Origin: Candidatus Thorarchaeota archaeon
Lineage (GTDB): Archaea; Asgardarchaeota; Thorarchaeia; Thorarchaeales; Thorarchaeaceae
Assembly (NCBI GenBank): GCA_020348985.1
Contig: CP070761.1
Coordinates: forward strand, 2,563,445-2,627,444
Direction of reading: 5' to 3'
Length of the DNA: 64,000 nucleotides
Position 1 is the first letter of the stretch; each line of letters opens with the position of its first letter. Below are positions 18,359 to 28,485 of the stretch, piece after piece. Both the position numbers and the translations under genes were made by a program. Under the pieces are notes generated by a model. The model made no database searches. It saw only the letters and a list, made by a program, of their open reading frames with translations, and was not told the origin of the DNA.

Positions 18359-19188
18359 ATATGCAGATGGATTTGCTTGGCAACGTGCCTCAGATTGTGG
18401 TGGACATTCATGAGACCACGGGAAAACGAATGAATGCTTGCAAGCATTTGATGTCAATGCTAGAAAAAGAGGGCATCTCATACACGGTTGAAAAAATACC
18501 CATTGGAGACATTCTCGGACTTGATGGAGTCGCGATAGAGAGGAAGACTGTCAGTGATCTTGTGAATACGCTCAAAGGGAGCAGTGCAGGGGTTCCCAGA
18601 CTGACCAAGCAATTGCAAGCGCTTCTCCAATATGAAAAGCCGTACGTGCTAATCGAAGACATCCTGGCAATTAGACGGGATCCAATGAATAAGTGTGTGT
18701 ACATTCCGTTTTCATCTAAAAGAACAAAAGGAAAGCCCTACTTTGTTACCATGGAGAGGGCTAGCTACATTCATCCAAGTTCACTTGATGCCCTCGTAGA
18801 AAGCGTAGCCGAAATGGGTATCGAAGTCATCAAGGGCTTTAACGCGCTTCATTCCGCAGGGCTACTCTTCGGAATCTTGGTGGACAGGTCAGAGGCCGAC
18901 AAGAAGAAGGGCCAGAGGCTGCCTGTAATAAGGACACGCAAAGGTCTCGAGAGCCTTAACGATGAGCAGGAGTTCCTCATTGCGGGATTCCCAGGCATCA
19001 ATGTAGTAAGAGCGAAAGCACTTCTCGAAGAATTCGGTTCACCGTTCGAGGCAATAACAAGAGTTGATGAATGGACCAAAGTTCCCGGAATAGGACCCAA
19101 GACTGTGTCATCTGCAAAAAAGATGCTCTATGCTGGCTATGAGTCATCTGATTCAAAAGAGATAGATGATGAAATGAATGAGCAATAG
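18355..19188 (+). CDS. xpf: Short XPF/ERCC4 structure-specific endonuclease with tandem HhH
   Basis: VDIHE, GD..., IERKTVSDL nuclease motif; FPGINVVRAKALL and VPGIGPKT HhH; no helicase domain. Confidence 0.82.
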   Translation: MNMQMDLLGNVPQIVVDIHETTGKRMNACKHLMSMLEKEGISYTVEKIPIGDILGLDGVAIERKTVSDLVNTLKGSSAGVPRLTKQLQALLQYEKPYVLIEDILAIRRDPMNKCVYIPFSSKRTKGKPYFVTMERASYIHPSSLDALVESVAEMGIEVIKGFNALHSAGLLFGILVDRSEADKKKGQRLPVIRTRKGLESLNDEQEFLIAGFPGINVVRAKALLEEFGSPFEAITRVDEWTKVPGIGPKTVSSAKKMLYAGYESSDSKEIDDEMNEQ

Positions 19189-19283
19189 GACCCTTTTCTA
19201 TTAGATAGATATTAGATATATTTATGCTCATAGAATAGTATATATGGAATCCTGCTTGGACAGATTTCGTTGATGGTGATAAC

Positions 19284-20369
19284 ATGGGCGAAGTTCGTAT
19301 AGCAGTTGCAGGACTTGGCAATTGTGCTTCAGCACTAGTGCAGGGAGTACACTACTATCGCAATGCAAAGGCTGACGAAGAAATCCCTGGTCTAATGCAC
19401 GTCGATTTTGGGGGCTACTTCCCGAGAGACCTGAAGTTCGTCGCTGCTTTTGAGGCAAACAGGAAGAAGGTCGGACTTGATATTGCTGATGCGATCTGGA
19501 TAGAGCCCAATTGCTGCCTTAGATTTGCACCTGATGTGCCGAAAATCGGTGTGAAGGTAGTTGCAGGACCCATCTCTGACGGTGTGGCCCCACACATGAA
19601 AGAGTCCTTCTTTGCTCATAACGAGGACGTAGACCTATCCTTCGTGACGGAGGAATTGAAGAAGAGCAAGGCTGACGTGTTGGTGAACTACTTGCCAGTG
19701 GGTAGTGCTGATGGCTCCAGAATGTACGCTCAGGCAGCATTAGAAGCCGGTGTTGCATTTGTCAATGCTATACCTGAATTCATAGTGTCAGATCCAGATA
19801 GCCCAATAGGTAAAGAGTTCGAGAAGCAAGGAATTCCTATGGCCGGGGATGACATCAAGAGTCAGCTCGGTGCAACTATTCTGCACAGAGTCTTGGCCCA
19901 GCTTTTCGACAAGCGAGGTCTGATTCTTCAGAACACATATCAGCTTAACATCGGTGGAAACACCGATTTCGAGAATATGCAGGTGGAGAACCGCCTTTCA
20001 TCGAAGAGAATAAGCAAGACTGAAGCAGTCACAAGCTGTGTTGACTACGAGCTTCCTACCAAGATAGGGCCAAGCGATTATGTGCCATTTCTAGAAGACA
20101 ACAAGATCTGCTACATCAGCATGAGATCCAGAGCGTTTGGCGACCTTCCTTTGAACTTGGACCTCAAGCTGTCAGTCCAAGATTCGCCAAACAGTGCAGG
20201 GGTCATCATAGATGTCGTTAGAGCTGTGAAGATAGCACTCGATCGAGGAGTAGGTGGAGAGCTCTCCAGTATTAGCTCCTACAGCTTCAAACATCCAAGG
20301 TATCAGATTGACGACTTCGAGGCAAGAAAACACGTAGACGAGTTCATCGAAGGTAGGCGAGAACGCTAG
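19284..20369 (+). CDS. ino1: myo-Inositol-1-phosphate synthase
   Basis: GLGNCASALVQG, NYLPVGS, GDDIKSQLGAT, YQLNIGGNTDF, DSPNSAG. Confidence 0.95.
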   Translation: MGEVRIAVAGLGNCASALVQGVHYYRNAKADEEIPGLMHVDFGGYFPRDLKFVAAFEANRKKVGLDIADAIWIEPNCCLRFAPDVPKIGVKVVAGPISDGVAPHMKESFFAHNEDVDLSFVTEELKKSKADVLVNYLPVGSADGSRMYAQAALEAGVAFVNAIPEFIVSDPDSPIGKEFEKQGIPMAGDDIKSQLGATILHRVLAQLFDKRGLILQNTYQLNIGGNTDFENMQVENRLSSKRISKTEAVTSCVDYELPTKIGPSDYVPFLEDNKICYISMRSRAFGDLPLNLDLKLSVQDSPNSAGVIIDVVRAVKIALDRGVGGELSSISSYSFKHPRYQIDDFEARKHVDEFIEGRRER

Positions 20370-20431
20370 TCTTGTGTGCTCCAAGTCGGGGTTCAGTGCT
20401 AGTTTGATTCCATTTGCAGATTCAAGCGCAA

Positions 20432-21001
20432 CTAAATCGTGGTCTTAGCAAGCTCTTGGAATGCCTCTTCTACGTTCTGACCGGTCAGAGCACTTGTCTC
20501 CAGATAGCCGTTGAGACCATTCTCTTCGACAAACTGCTTGCCCTCCTCCGTCGAAATGACTCGTTCACCCTCGAGATCCACTTTGTTTGCCAAGAGTATA
20601 ATGGGAATCCGTTCGTTCAGCGCATCTTCAGTTTCGGTGATCCACTTCGGCAATTCGATGAATGTGCTCTTCCGAGTGGTATCAAACACAAGCAGGGCAC
20701 CCTTGGATCCACGGTAGTACGCGGCTCTGATGAAGTCGAATCGTTCTTGTCCAGCAAGATCCCAGACGAGAAGCTTGACAACAACATCTTTACCGTTGTT
20801 CTTCTCTACTAAAACGGTCTTGACGGCGAACTGTGATCCAATCGTGACTATGTATTGCTCTGAGAACTTGTTCGTCAGGAACCGATTGACGATGGCAGTC
20901 TTTCCGCTTCCACCGGCGCCTATCATTACCACTTTGCGCATGAAATCGAATTCCGACACGTTCTCCCAAACCTCAATCATTGATTCAAATACTTGCAGCA
21001 T
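20432..21001 (-). CDS. Rab-like small GTPase
   Basis: GAGGSGKT, TIG, WDLAGQERF, YYRG, NKVD, ETSAL; no C-terminal Cys prenylation motif; true start may be downstream. Confidence 0.9.
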   Translation of the reverse strand: MLQVFESMIEVWENVSEFDFMRKVVMIGAGGSGKTAIVNRFLTNKFSEQYIVTIGSQFAVKTVLVEKNNGKDVVVKLLVWDLAGQERFDFIRAAYYRGSKGALLVFDTTRKSTFIELPKWITETEDALNERIPIILLANKVDLEGERVISTEEGKQFVEENGLNGYLETSALTGQNVEEAFQELAKTTI

Positions 21002-21233
21002 ACAAGCTTTGGCTGGCCTTGTTGAAGGAGCTTGCTCTCGCTGAGTTGGCCGTGATGCTATTTAGTCTTTATTGGATTGCCCTTCTGGTTGTTGTCGGCC
21101 CTAGAGACTAGAAGCGCGACCAATAATGAGAAAACTTTCGTTGGAAGGCGCGGTATCGAGAGTATAATCCATTCATCTCGAAGGGGTTATATCAATCACA
21201 GAGAGCTGACAACTGCCGGGAGAACGTGCTGAC

Positions 21234-21413
21234 ATGCGACTGATTACTGTTAAGATGAGCGACATCTATGTGAATGGTCTTGACAAGCTAGTTGAGAGTG
21301 GCATGTACCCCTCGAGATCCGAAGCCATCAGGGTTGCGATTCGAGACCTTCTTCGAAGAGAGCTTTGGATTGATGGAGTACCAGTAATCGAAGAGTCCAA
21401 TCCAAATAGGTAG
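21234..21413 (+). CDS. Ribbon-helix-helix (CopG/Arc/MetJ; CdrS-like) regulator, 59 aa, absent from ORF track
   Basis: Manual translation MRLITVKMSDIYVNGLDKLVESGMYPSRSEAIRVAIRDLLRRELWIDGVPVIEESNPNR; promoter-like AAGGGGTTATAT upstream. Confidence 0.88.
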   Translation: MRLITVKMSDIYVNGLDKLVESGMYPSRSEAIRVAIRDLLRRELWIDGVPVIEESNPNR

Positions 21414-21523
21414 AATTCATGAGTCCAATCATCATCGGAATTGACCCAACTCGTACCAACAACATCTTTAGGGAATGTTCAATCAGGGGATGTCATCACG
21501 CCTAGTGCTAAGAGGTTCCAGAC

Positions 21524-22054
21524 ATGAATTGGAGGATTCTTTTCAAAAGCATCAAGTTCGCATTTCGCGCCAGGAAACGAGTCATAGTGTTCATAGTGAT
21601 CTATTCGATACTTCTTCTTGTTGTTGGGCGGGGCTTGACTAACGCCGCTGCCAGCCCGGGAGCTGAAGTACCCTGGCTATTGATGGCGTTCGTTGTTTCG
21701 ACGCTTTATGCAGTTCTGATAAGTCAGTTTAGAAGAACGGACATAGCCATCCTCAAATGCGTGTCTTGGGGAAACTCAGAGATACTTTTACTCTTGATTG
21801 GTGAGGTCGTGTTAGTTTCACTTTCTGCTTTCCTGGTGGTGTTTCAGATTAGTGTTGAAATACTTGGTTTCGCAACCTATTTCGCGATTCAGGATGCTGC
21901 GTTCATAACTGGACTGCAAGAACTGATTGCATTGCCCGCAGGACCCCTGTTCACTAGCATGTTCTACATCGTGATTCTGCAGCTTCCTGGTCTGGCATTA
22001 GCTCAGTTCAGAGCTATGAAGATACCACCAATGAGAGCACTACGGGAGGAGTAA
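21524..22054 (+). CDS. Minimal FtsX/MacB-like ABC permease
   Basis: 4 TM; RRTDIAILKCVSW; RAMKIPPMRALREE. Confidence 0.75.
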   Translation: MNWRILFKSIKFAFRARKRVIVFIVIYSILLLVVGRGLTNAAASPGAEVPWLLMAFVVSTLYAVLISQFRRTDIAILKCVSWGNSEILLLLIGEVVLVSLSAFLVVFQISVEILGFATYFAIQDAAFITGLQELIALPAGPLFTSMFYIVILQLPGLALAQFRAMKIPPMRALREE

Positions 22055-22057
22055 AGC

Positions 22058-22747
22058 ATGCCTAATCCGATAATCCAAGTTCAGGAAGTCAACAAAGAGT
22101 ATGGTAGAGGCAAGAACACTGTTGCCGCTCTTAAAGACATAAACATCGAGATTCAGCCAGGCGATTTTGTCGCGGTGTTGGGTCCGTCAGGATGTGGGAA
22201 GAGCACTCTGCTACACGTGATGGCCGGACTCGAACAACCAACAACGGGAAGAATTCTCCTTGACGGAGTTGATGTGACGCTCATCACAGAGAGAGACCTT
22301 CCGAAAGTTAGGGCGCAGAAGATTGGTTTTGTGTTTCAGGCCTTTCTCCTCATAGAGGACTTGACTGCTTTCGAAAACGTTGAATCTGTATTGTGGCCCA
22401 GTGAAGAGCTTACCAAGCAAAAACAGGAAGAGATGGCTCTCGAGGTTCTAAGAGAAGTAGATATGCTCGAGAGACGGGATCACTTTCCACGACAGATGAG
22501 CGGTGGAGAGCAACAGAGAGTAGCGATTGCGAGAGCCTTGGTCAACAGCCCACCGATTCTGTTCTGTGACGAGCCAACAGGGAATCTAGATTCCAAGTCT
22601 GGAGAAGGCGTAATGAAGATAATCGCGAAACTAAACAAGGAACGAAAGATGACTGTCGTACTAGTCACACATAACGAAGAGCTCAGTCGCTATGCGCGTC
22701 GCACTCTCCGAATGCACGATGGTGATATAAAATCCGATAGGTCATGA
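22058..22747 (+). CDS. ABC ATPase, LolD/MacB/FtsE type
   Basis: [34 protein letters not shown]. Confidence 0.93.
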   Translation: MPNPIIQVQEVNKEYGRGKNTVAALKDINIEIQPGDFVAVLGPSGCGKSTLLHVMAGLEQPTTGRILLDGVDVTLITERDLPKVRAQKIGFVFQAFLLIEDLTAFENVESVLWPSEELTKQKQEEMALEVLREVDMLERRDHFPRQMSGGEQQRVAIARALVNSPPILFCDEPTGNLDSKSGEGVMKIIAKLNKERKMTVVLVTHNEELSRYARRTLRMHDGDIKSDRS

Positions 22748-22842
22748 CTCTCCCGAGTAAGCTCGCCCAATGTACTTTTGTTCCAAAGGTTTAGAAGTGC
22801 CTAGAGCCTGACCTATGCATCCTTCATGGATGGCGCGTACAT

Positions 22843-23673
22843 ATGAGATTCTCGGACTGCCAAAAAGCGGAGAAGCTGGCGGAAGAGAGGGCTAAAGAGG
22901 GACGCAACACAGATGCGACGAATCTATTCAGCAGAGCAGGTGATTGCTGGAAGAGATGGGAATCATTCGCCAAGGCGGCGAGAAGCTATGAGCGCGCCTA
23001 TGAACACGCAATGTTATGTCAGGAGTACACTAGAGCCGCAGAATTGGTCATGGAAGCAGGCGAGACTTGGATTAAGCAGGGAGAATTTGAGAAGTTTGAA
23101 ATTGACTGCCAGATCGCTTCTGAGGCATATGTTCTTGCAACCGAAGCAGAGCGTGACCCTGCTTTGTTCGTTGAGGGTGCCTTCTGTGCCATTCAGGGCG
23201 GAGATCTCGAGATGGCCAAACAGCTGATTCATGCGGCATCAGAAACAACACGTGGACAGCAAATGGAACGCATCAACCTGGCTTTGATGTTGAGTGAGTA
23301 CGACTTTGGTGATGCGGATCGGTATATCGATGGCGCCGTCGTGAGGGTCCTGGACAGAGACGGAATACGAAGGACTCGAAGAGCATTCTCTCTTGTCTTT
23401 GCAGGCTTTGTTCGCACCTCTCTTGAATCAGAAGCCGCGGTTACTCTGGCGAGTTTGGCAGAGAGCACAGGGCTTGACACACACAAACTGAAAGAACTCG
23501 TTGAAAGAGGGATTGAGGAAGGGATTATTCCTGCGTTTCTCGATCCGGAAACGCAAGAACTTGTAGTTGATGCGGATCGCTTTGATGTGTCTAGCCTAGC
23601 GCGTCGCAAAGGACCAATAATGAGCAGAGACCTGGAAGACCCTGGTGCGTGGGACGTCGACCTTGAAGACTGA
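22843..23673 (+). CDS. Helical-repeat (TPR/SNAP-like) protein with C-terminal PCI domain
   Basis: N-terminal helical repeats; VTLASLAESTGLDTHKLKELVERGIEEGIIPAFLDPETQELVV fits the PCI winged helix. Confidence 0.7.
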   Translation: MRFSDCQKAEKLAEERAKEGRNTDATNLFSRAGDCWKRWESFAKAARSYERAYEHAMLCQEYTRAAELVMEAGETWIKQGEFEKFEIDCQIASEAYVLATEAERDPALFVEGAFCAIQGGDLEMAKQLIHAASETTRGQQMERINLALMLSEYDFGDADRYIDGAVVRVLDRDGIRRTRRAFSLVFAGFVRTSLESEAAVTLASLAESTGLDTHKLKELVERGIEEGIIPAFLDPETQELVVDADRFDVSSLARRKGPIMSRDLEDPGAWDVDLED

Positions 23674-23807
23674 CCAGTGCCACAACGGTTGATTTGGCGT
23701 CAAAGCGCCTCGATTCAATCTCAGCTGGAAGCCATCTGACAAGGAAATCTTTTTAGTACGATTGACTTGTTCTCGATTGACTACGCCACTCTATGCAGGT
23801 GTTGTTG

Positions 23808-24020
23808 ATGGCTGAAGGGCTGAAATGGCTACAATGTCCCGTCTGCAAGGATTCGTTCAATTGGAAAGTCCCTGCGGATGCCCTGAAGGACGTCAAGAGA
23901 TACCCGGTTGCAGTGGTTATCAAGCACAAGGATCACTATCTCGTTTGTTATCTTGACAGTCATCAACAGCTTGCAGACACTGAGGTTGCGGCTGCGCTAA
24001 TTGAGGCGGAAGAGCAGTAG
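23808..24020 (+). CDS. Small putative Zn-binding protein
   Basis: CPVC...HKDH...YLDSH. Confidence 0.65.
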   Translation: MAEGLKWLQCPVCKDSFNWKVPADALKDVKRYPVAVVIKHKDHYLVCYLDSHQQLADTEVAAALIEAEEQ

Positions 24021-24059
24021 TCGGAATCGTACTCGCTCTTAGCTTTGTCTTTACGTATC

Positions 24060-24647
24060 CTATTCGACACCCATGCCCTCTAGGTCATTATCCAAAGCCC
24101 ATTCCAGAACACGGGCAGCCTGTGCACTGGCCATTCCCCAAGTCTTCAAGTTTGAAACCAAGTCGCGAATGCCGCGGACCCAGTCAACGAGAAGGGTTCT
24201 AATCCGGGCCTTGATGTTCTCATCTTCAACTTCTCGCATGAAGGGCAGGAGCTTATCGACCAAACTTTGAGAAAGGACCAGAACGGTCTCAAGCCTCGCA
24301 ATCCACTCCTCTCTGGGCAGGCCCGTCAGCGTTTGGGCGACAGACAGATGGTAGTCGTACTGCGTATCGTAGTAGCGTAGACGCCAGCTCAGTGCTTCCA
24401 CTAGTAGAGCTCTGTGCGCCGTGCTCGGAGATGTCTTAATCAAAACCGTGAGAAAGCGCTCTGTCATCTCATCCGCCGTTTGACTTGCATCGAAAAACAG
24501 AGCCATGGCTTGTTGGTACTCTTCATTTGATAGATGCTGACATGCCTCATCATGAGATGCCTTGAACCTCTCAACGAGATCGCGTGTAGAGCCAACTAAT
24601 GCGGGATCCAACAAGTTCTCGTCGATTTTCGTCATTCCCTGTATCAC
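24060..24647 (-). CDS. Hypothetical all-helical protein
   Basis: 195-aa ORF abutting the upstream gene. Confidence 0.65.
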   Translation of the reverse strand: MIQGMTKIDENLLDPALVGSTRDLVERFKASHDEACQHLSNEEYQQAMALFFDASQTADEMTERFLTVLIKTSPSTAHRALLVEALSWRLRYYDTQYDYHLSVAQTLTGLPREEWIARLETVLVLSQSLVDKLLPFMREVEDENIKARIRTLLVDWVRGIRDLVSNLKTWGMASAQAARVLEWALDNDLEGMGVE

Positions 24648-25064
24648 CTATCGTCCCTGAAGATGTGTGACTTCAACACTCAGCATTGAGTCTAAGCTCT
24701 CAAGCCACTTGGAGAACTCCTCAATCTCATTCCTCTGTGTGGATAGGAAGTATCCCTCATAGACACATTCTTCGGATATCGGGCAGAATCCAGTCGAGTG
24801 AACCAGTTCAAGTTTCCTCTTCTTCATCTCCTCAAAAACATATCTGCCAATCTCTGGAAAGCCATTGAGGGCCATCCGCATTCGGACAATCGAGATCTCC
24901 GGAGTGGAAACTGGAATGACTCTGAGAAATCCACTTTTGGTGCTGACAACCAGAACTTTGGAGCCTTCTTCAAGGCCTACGTAAGAGGCTACTCCAGAAA
25001 TGTCAACTGTGCCGTCAATCACTTCAGTTACAGAACCTTCGGTCAGATACTTCAGATATTCCAC
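24648..25064 (-). CDS. Hypothetical protein (possible AbrB-like + ACT-like)
   Basis: GTVDISGVASYVGLEEGSKV; LELVHSTGFC...VEVTHL. Confidence 0.5.
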   Translation of the reverse strand: MEYLKYLTEGSVTEVIDGTVDISGVASYVGLEEGSKVLVVSTKSGFLRVIPVSTPEISIVRMRMALNGFPEIGRYVFEEMKKRKLELVHSTGFCPISEECVYEGYFLSTQRNEIEEFSKWLESLDSMLSVEVTHLQGR

Positions 25065-25327
25065 CCCAGAGCTATTTCGAGATACTTCTCACCCGCGGGA
25101 GTTATCTCGTAGCCGTCGTCATCATCTCTAACAAGGTCAAGTTCTCTCAAGACAGTTATCCTCACATCAAGACATTCCTGCGTGATAGAACCAAATCGGG
25201 TTAGTTCGTCATCCAATCGACATCCTTGGTAAATCAAGCGGAGTACGAGCTCTCCCATTTCACCAAGGAGATTCCTGGTTGAATCTATTTCTTTGCTGAT
25301 GTTAGATGCTGTCTCGTCCAATCCCAT
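25052..25327 (-). CDS. Small winged-helix-like hypothetical protein
   Basis: LRELDLV...YEITPAGEKYL wing motif. Confidence 0.55.
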   Translation of the reverse strand: MGLDETASNISKEIDSTRNLLGEMGELVLRLIYQGCRLDDELTRFGSITQECLDVRITVLRELDLVRDDDDGYEITPAGEKYLEIALGWNI

Positions 25328-25398
25328 CTTGGCTTTTACGTCTCCACAAATGCCCTAAAAGTAACCTATGATGTCCTCTCTTCCCTCAGGTGCCGAAG

Positions 25399-26376
25399 TT
25401 AGTCCAATGGAGGTTTGTGCTTCATCTTATATTCGTCAGTAGCTTGTGTCCAATCAACAAACTCCACTGTTGGTGGACTTGAGGCGTATAGATCTGCCCT
25501 CTGTGACTCCAATGGACGGGGTAGCATCCCTGCCATTTCAGCCATGCACATGAGCTCATTCCCATGTTCTTGTGCAAGGGATTCTATCGGGCTTAGCCAC
25601 TCTCTCCAATTTGGTGATCGAAGAAGATGATGGTCCACAATTAGTCGAGGGACTCTCTCTCCCAGCTTTCGAAGTGCCGAGATTGCAGTGTGAGCATGTT
25701 CACTGCTGAACGAGGCCAAGTAGATCGGAGGTCCACCGATAATCGTCAAATCCGAATTGCTAGAAAGGATGTATCGAAGAGTCTCGTCCACTACTGGCCC
25801 TTGGACATCCGGAGCAAAAAGGACCCGGTTGTCGGCGTGTTGTATTGTGCAACCAATAATAAACCCAAGTGGCGTGTCAGCTGGACCGTGAGGGAGCACA
25901 GAAGAAAATGTGATTCTCGTATCACCAAATTCAAACGTGGAACCATCAGCCCAATGCAACTCATTGACAATCTTGCGGACATCACGCTCGAAGTAATATC
26001 CGCGTCTTCTTTGGGATGGATTGATGTTGTCTCTATTGTCCTTGGCCAGCACAGTCTTATTCTCGAATAGCTCCTGGAACTCTTCCTTCGAACTGAAGTT
26101 GTACCTGTAGTTGGTGAATCCCGGTCTGACGTGGTCAAAGTGGTAATGACTAACAGTGACTATGTCTGCTCGATTTGCAGCATCATGAATCCGCTTCAAA
26201 GATGATTGGAGGGCGCTGTACTCTTCTGGATGAGGCTCCTTGCCTTGCCTAAAGGCAAGAGCAGCAGATGGGTCAAGCAGAATGCTCACACTAGGCGTCT
26301 GAATCATTGTGCACATGGAACGAACACCCATGCTTTCTCCAGCAATGGGGATTATCTCAATTTCATCAATGTTCAA
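25399..26376 (-). CDS. MBL-fold metallohydrolase (UPF0282-like)
   Basis: ESMGVRSM, SHYHFDH, PHG, DVQGP, DHHLLR. Confidence 0.88.
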   Translation of the reverse strand: MNIDEIEIIPIAGESMGVRSMCTMIQTPSVSILLDPSAALAFRQGKEPHPEEYSALQSSLKRIHDAANRADIVTVSHYHFDHVRPGFTNYRYNFSSKEEFQELFENKTVLAKDNRDNINPSQRRRGYYFERDVRKIVNELHWADGSTFEFGDTRITFSSVLPHGPADTPLGFIIGCTIQHADNRVLFAPDVQGPVVDETLRYILSSNSDLTIIGGPPIYLASFSSEHAHTAISALRKLGERVPRLIVDHHLLRSPNWREWLSPIESLAQEHGNELMCMAEMAGMLPRPLESQRADLYASSPPTVEFVDWTQATDEYKMKHKPPLD

Positions 26377-26867
26377 GGCTTTGCCTCTCGATAGTATACT
26401 AGATGATAACCAGTTGATGTCCGTAGGAGTTCAGCTTCAAACATTGCAAAGTCGTCATCCATCTGTAGACAGGAATTGAACATGTACCAATCTGATGGTA
26501 GGAAAGACTCCTGCTTCTTGTGAACTTCTTGTGCTTTAAAGAGAGCCAATTCTCCCTCCCGATGGTTCTTGGAAAATGCCCCTATTTCGGCCATGCCTAG
26601 ATGAATCAGGAAATGAGCCAGAAGAGAGCCATTTTCGTCTACGAGACGTTCAGACACGAGTCCTTTGAAAGCATAATTCTCCACAGACGACGTAGAGGTC
26701 TCTTCAATGATTTCTCTCCTAGCGGCCTCAAGAATGTGCTCTCCAGGTTCCAACTTACCACCCACCATGCTCCAAAGATTCTCGTAAGGAGGTCGATTTC
26801 GCTTCAGGAAGAGAAAACGCCCTTTGTACCTCAAAACACTGATCGCAATGGGGACTATCTTGGTCAC
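26373..26867 (-). CDS. NUDIX hydrolase
   Basis: GGKLEPGEHILEAARREIIEET Nudix box. Confidence 0.9.
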   Translation of the reverse strand: MTKIVPIAISVLRYKGRFLFLKRNRPPYENLWSMVGGKLEPGEHILEAARREIIEETSTSSVENYAFKGLVSERLVDENGSLLAHFLIHLGMAEIGAFSKNHREGELALFKAQEVHKKQESFLPSDWYMFNSCLQMDDDFAMFEAELLRTSTGYHLVYYREAKP

Positions 26868-26992
26868 TTATCAGACCTCCAAGAACGTTGCATTATCATC
26901 CCAGATGTCCATTAGCCACTCATGCTTTAAACATAGAGTAAGCGAGCGAAGATTCAAAGCCTGGCCGACATTGAGATGATGTGTGATTCGGG

Positions 26993-28441
26993 TTGGGTAG
27001 TCTTCCTGGAAAACTTCGGAGTAGAGTACTTTCTGTCATATGCCCTACACCAGAGGAGATTAGAGACCAGCGAGCCGCGATTGATACATTGAGGCAAGCA
27101 CTTGAGCTGAGGGCAGACAATATTGGCCAGTCATACTCATTCATCGAAGCCCAAGGTTCCACGGGGAAGAAACAGACGCAATTGGCGGGTATATCAGATA
27201 TCGATCTCTTTGTTGGACTTCGCGTGCAGGACTTTCAAGACATATTCATGAAAGACCCTAAGGAGAGACACAAACATGTAGGAAAGGTCCTCGATAGCCT
27301 GGTGGATGATTGGTTTATTCCGGCCGTACAGACATTGGAGGCCACGAATGTGCAGAAGACCTACTCACAGCATCCATACTTGTCTCTCACTCTAATGGGT
27401 CTTGACGTGGACATACTCTCTTGTTTTGATATTTCTGCAGAAGCTATCGCTAATGACGGCCCGATCACTGCTGTTGATAGGACTGTTCATCACTCCAATT
27501 TCGTTGCAGAGAATCTCACGCCTGAGAAGAGGGAAGATGTGAGGCTCCTCAAATCATTCGTTCGTGCTTGTCACGCCTATGGCGACGATTGCGCAATCGG
27601 GAGGATGGGTTTCACGGGTTATTCACTTGAGCTGCTAGTCCTAGACTCTGATAGCTTCGCGGACGCGATACGAAGGATTGCACGGCTTAGAGTTGAACCT
27701 TTGGATCCAAAAGGTCGAAGCGTCGAGAAGCTTCGTAGTATTCCCTCCTTCCGTGATGACTACATACTGATAATTGATCCAACAGATCACGGAAGAAACG
27801 TAGCGTCAAGTTTCGATGAGCGAGCGGTACGATGGGTTCAACACAAGGCGAGACAGGTTGAGGAGTACTTAGAGAGAGGAATCCTAGAAGAGAATGCTGA
27901 GATTCTTATTGAAGAGGCGATATCTGAAGAGCCCCTCCCAGAGTCAGTCCGGAATCATGCTCTCTCGTTCGAGTTCCTGTCCGACGCGACAGTCCATTAT
28001 ACAGTCCAAAGGGACAAGCTTTACCGTCTGGCCAGGCGCATCTCTTCGCAACTGGAGCGGGAAGAAACTGGCGAAGTTAGATTCGGCAGGTCACTTGCGG
28101 AGGTCTACTTCGAAGGTACAAGATTTGCTTTAGGGATATTTGTTCAGAGGGCGTCAGTCTCAGAAGACTACGTCCGGCAGGGACCCCCGGTCGAGATGAA
28201 AGACGCTGCTGAGAGATTCATTCAAACGCATCCTGGGGCGTTTGAGGATGCAGGGCGATTGTGGGCTGAAGTGACCAGGAAGTGGACTGATGCGGGAATG
28301 CTGGCTAAGTACATAATCAGACATCATTCAATCAAGGGATTGACTCTAGTTTCAGAGAAAACAGCAGTATCAAGAAAAGCACTGAGAGCACTCTATGAGT
28401 ATGTCTTGCACGTAGAGAAGGACTTTACCACAGAAGAATGA
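26993..28441 (+). CDS. cca: CCA-adding enzyme (class I, archaeal)
   Basis: GSTGK..SDIDLFV, HPYL, TAVDRT, GFTGYSLELL, IDPTDHGRNVAS. Confidence 0.9.
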   Translation: MGSLPGKLRSRVLSVICPTPEEIRDQRAAIDTLRQALELRADNIGQSYSFIEAQGSTGKKQTQLAGISDIDLFVGLRVQDFQDIFMKDPKERHKHVGKVLDSLVDDWFIPAVQTLEATNVQKTYSQHPYLSLTLMGLDVDILSCFDISAEAIANDGPITAVDRTVHHSNFVAENLTPEKREDVRLLKSFVRACHAYGDDCAIGRMGFTGYSLELLVLDSDSFADAIRRIARLRVEPLDPKGRSVEKLRSIPSFRDDYILIIDPTDHGRNVASSFDERAVRWVQHKARQVEEYLERGILEENAEILIEEAISEEPLPESVRNHALSFEFLSDATVHYTVQRDKLYRLARRISSQLEREETGEVRFGRSLAEVYFEGTRFALGIFVQRASVSEDYVRQGPPVEMKDAAERFIQTHPGAFEDAGRLWAEVTRKWTDAGMLAKYIIRHHSIKGLTLVSEKTAVSRKALRALYEYVLHVEKDFTTEE

Positions 28442-28485
28442 AAGAGTTTAAGGAACTAAGAAACAGTCTCGAAAGGGGAGGAAGC

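Noticed and set aside
25328-25398. Possible TAG read-through (pyrrolysine) extending the 91-aa ORF upstream
   Set aside because: No start codon in that frame, the segment looks like a promoter, and TAG is a normal stop for many genes here
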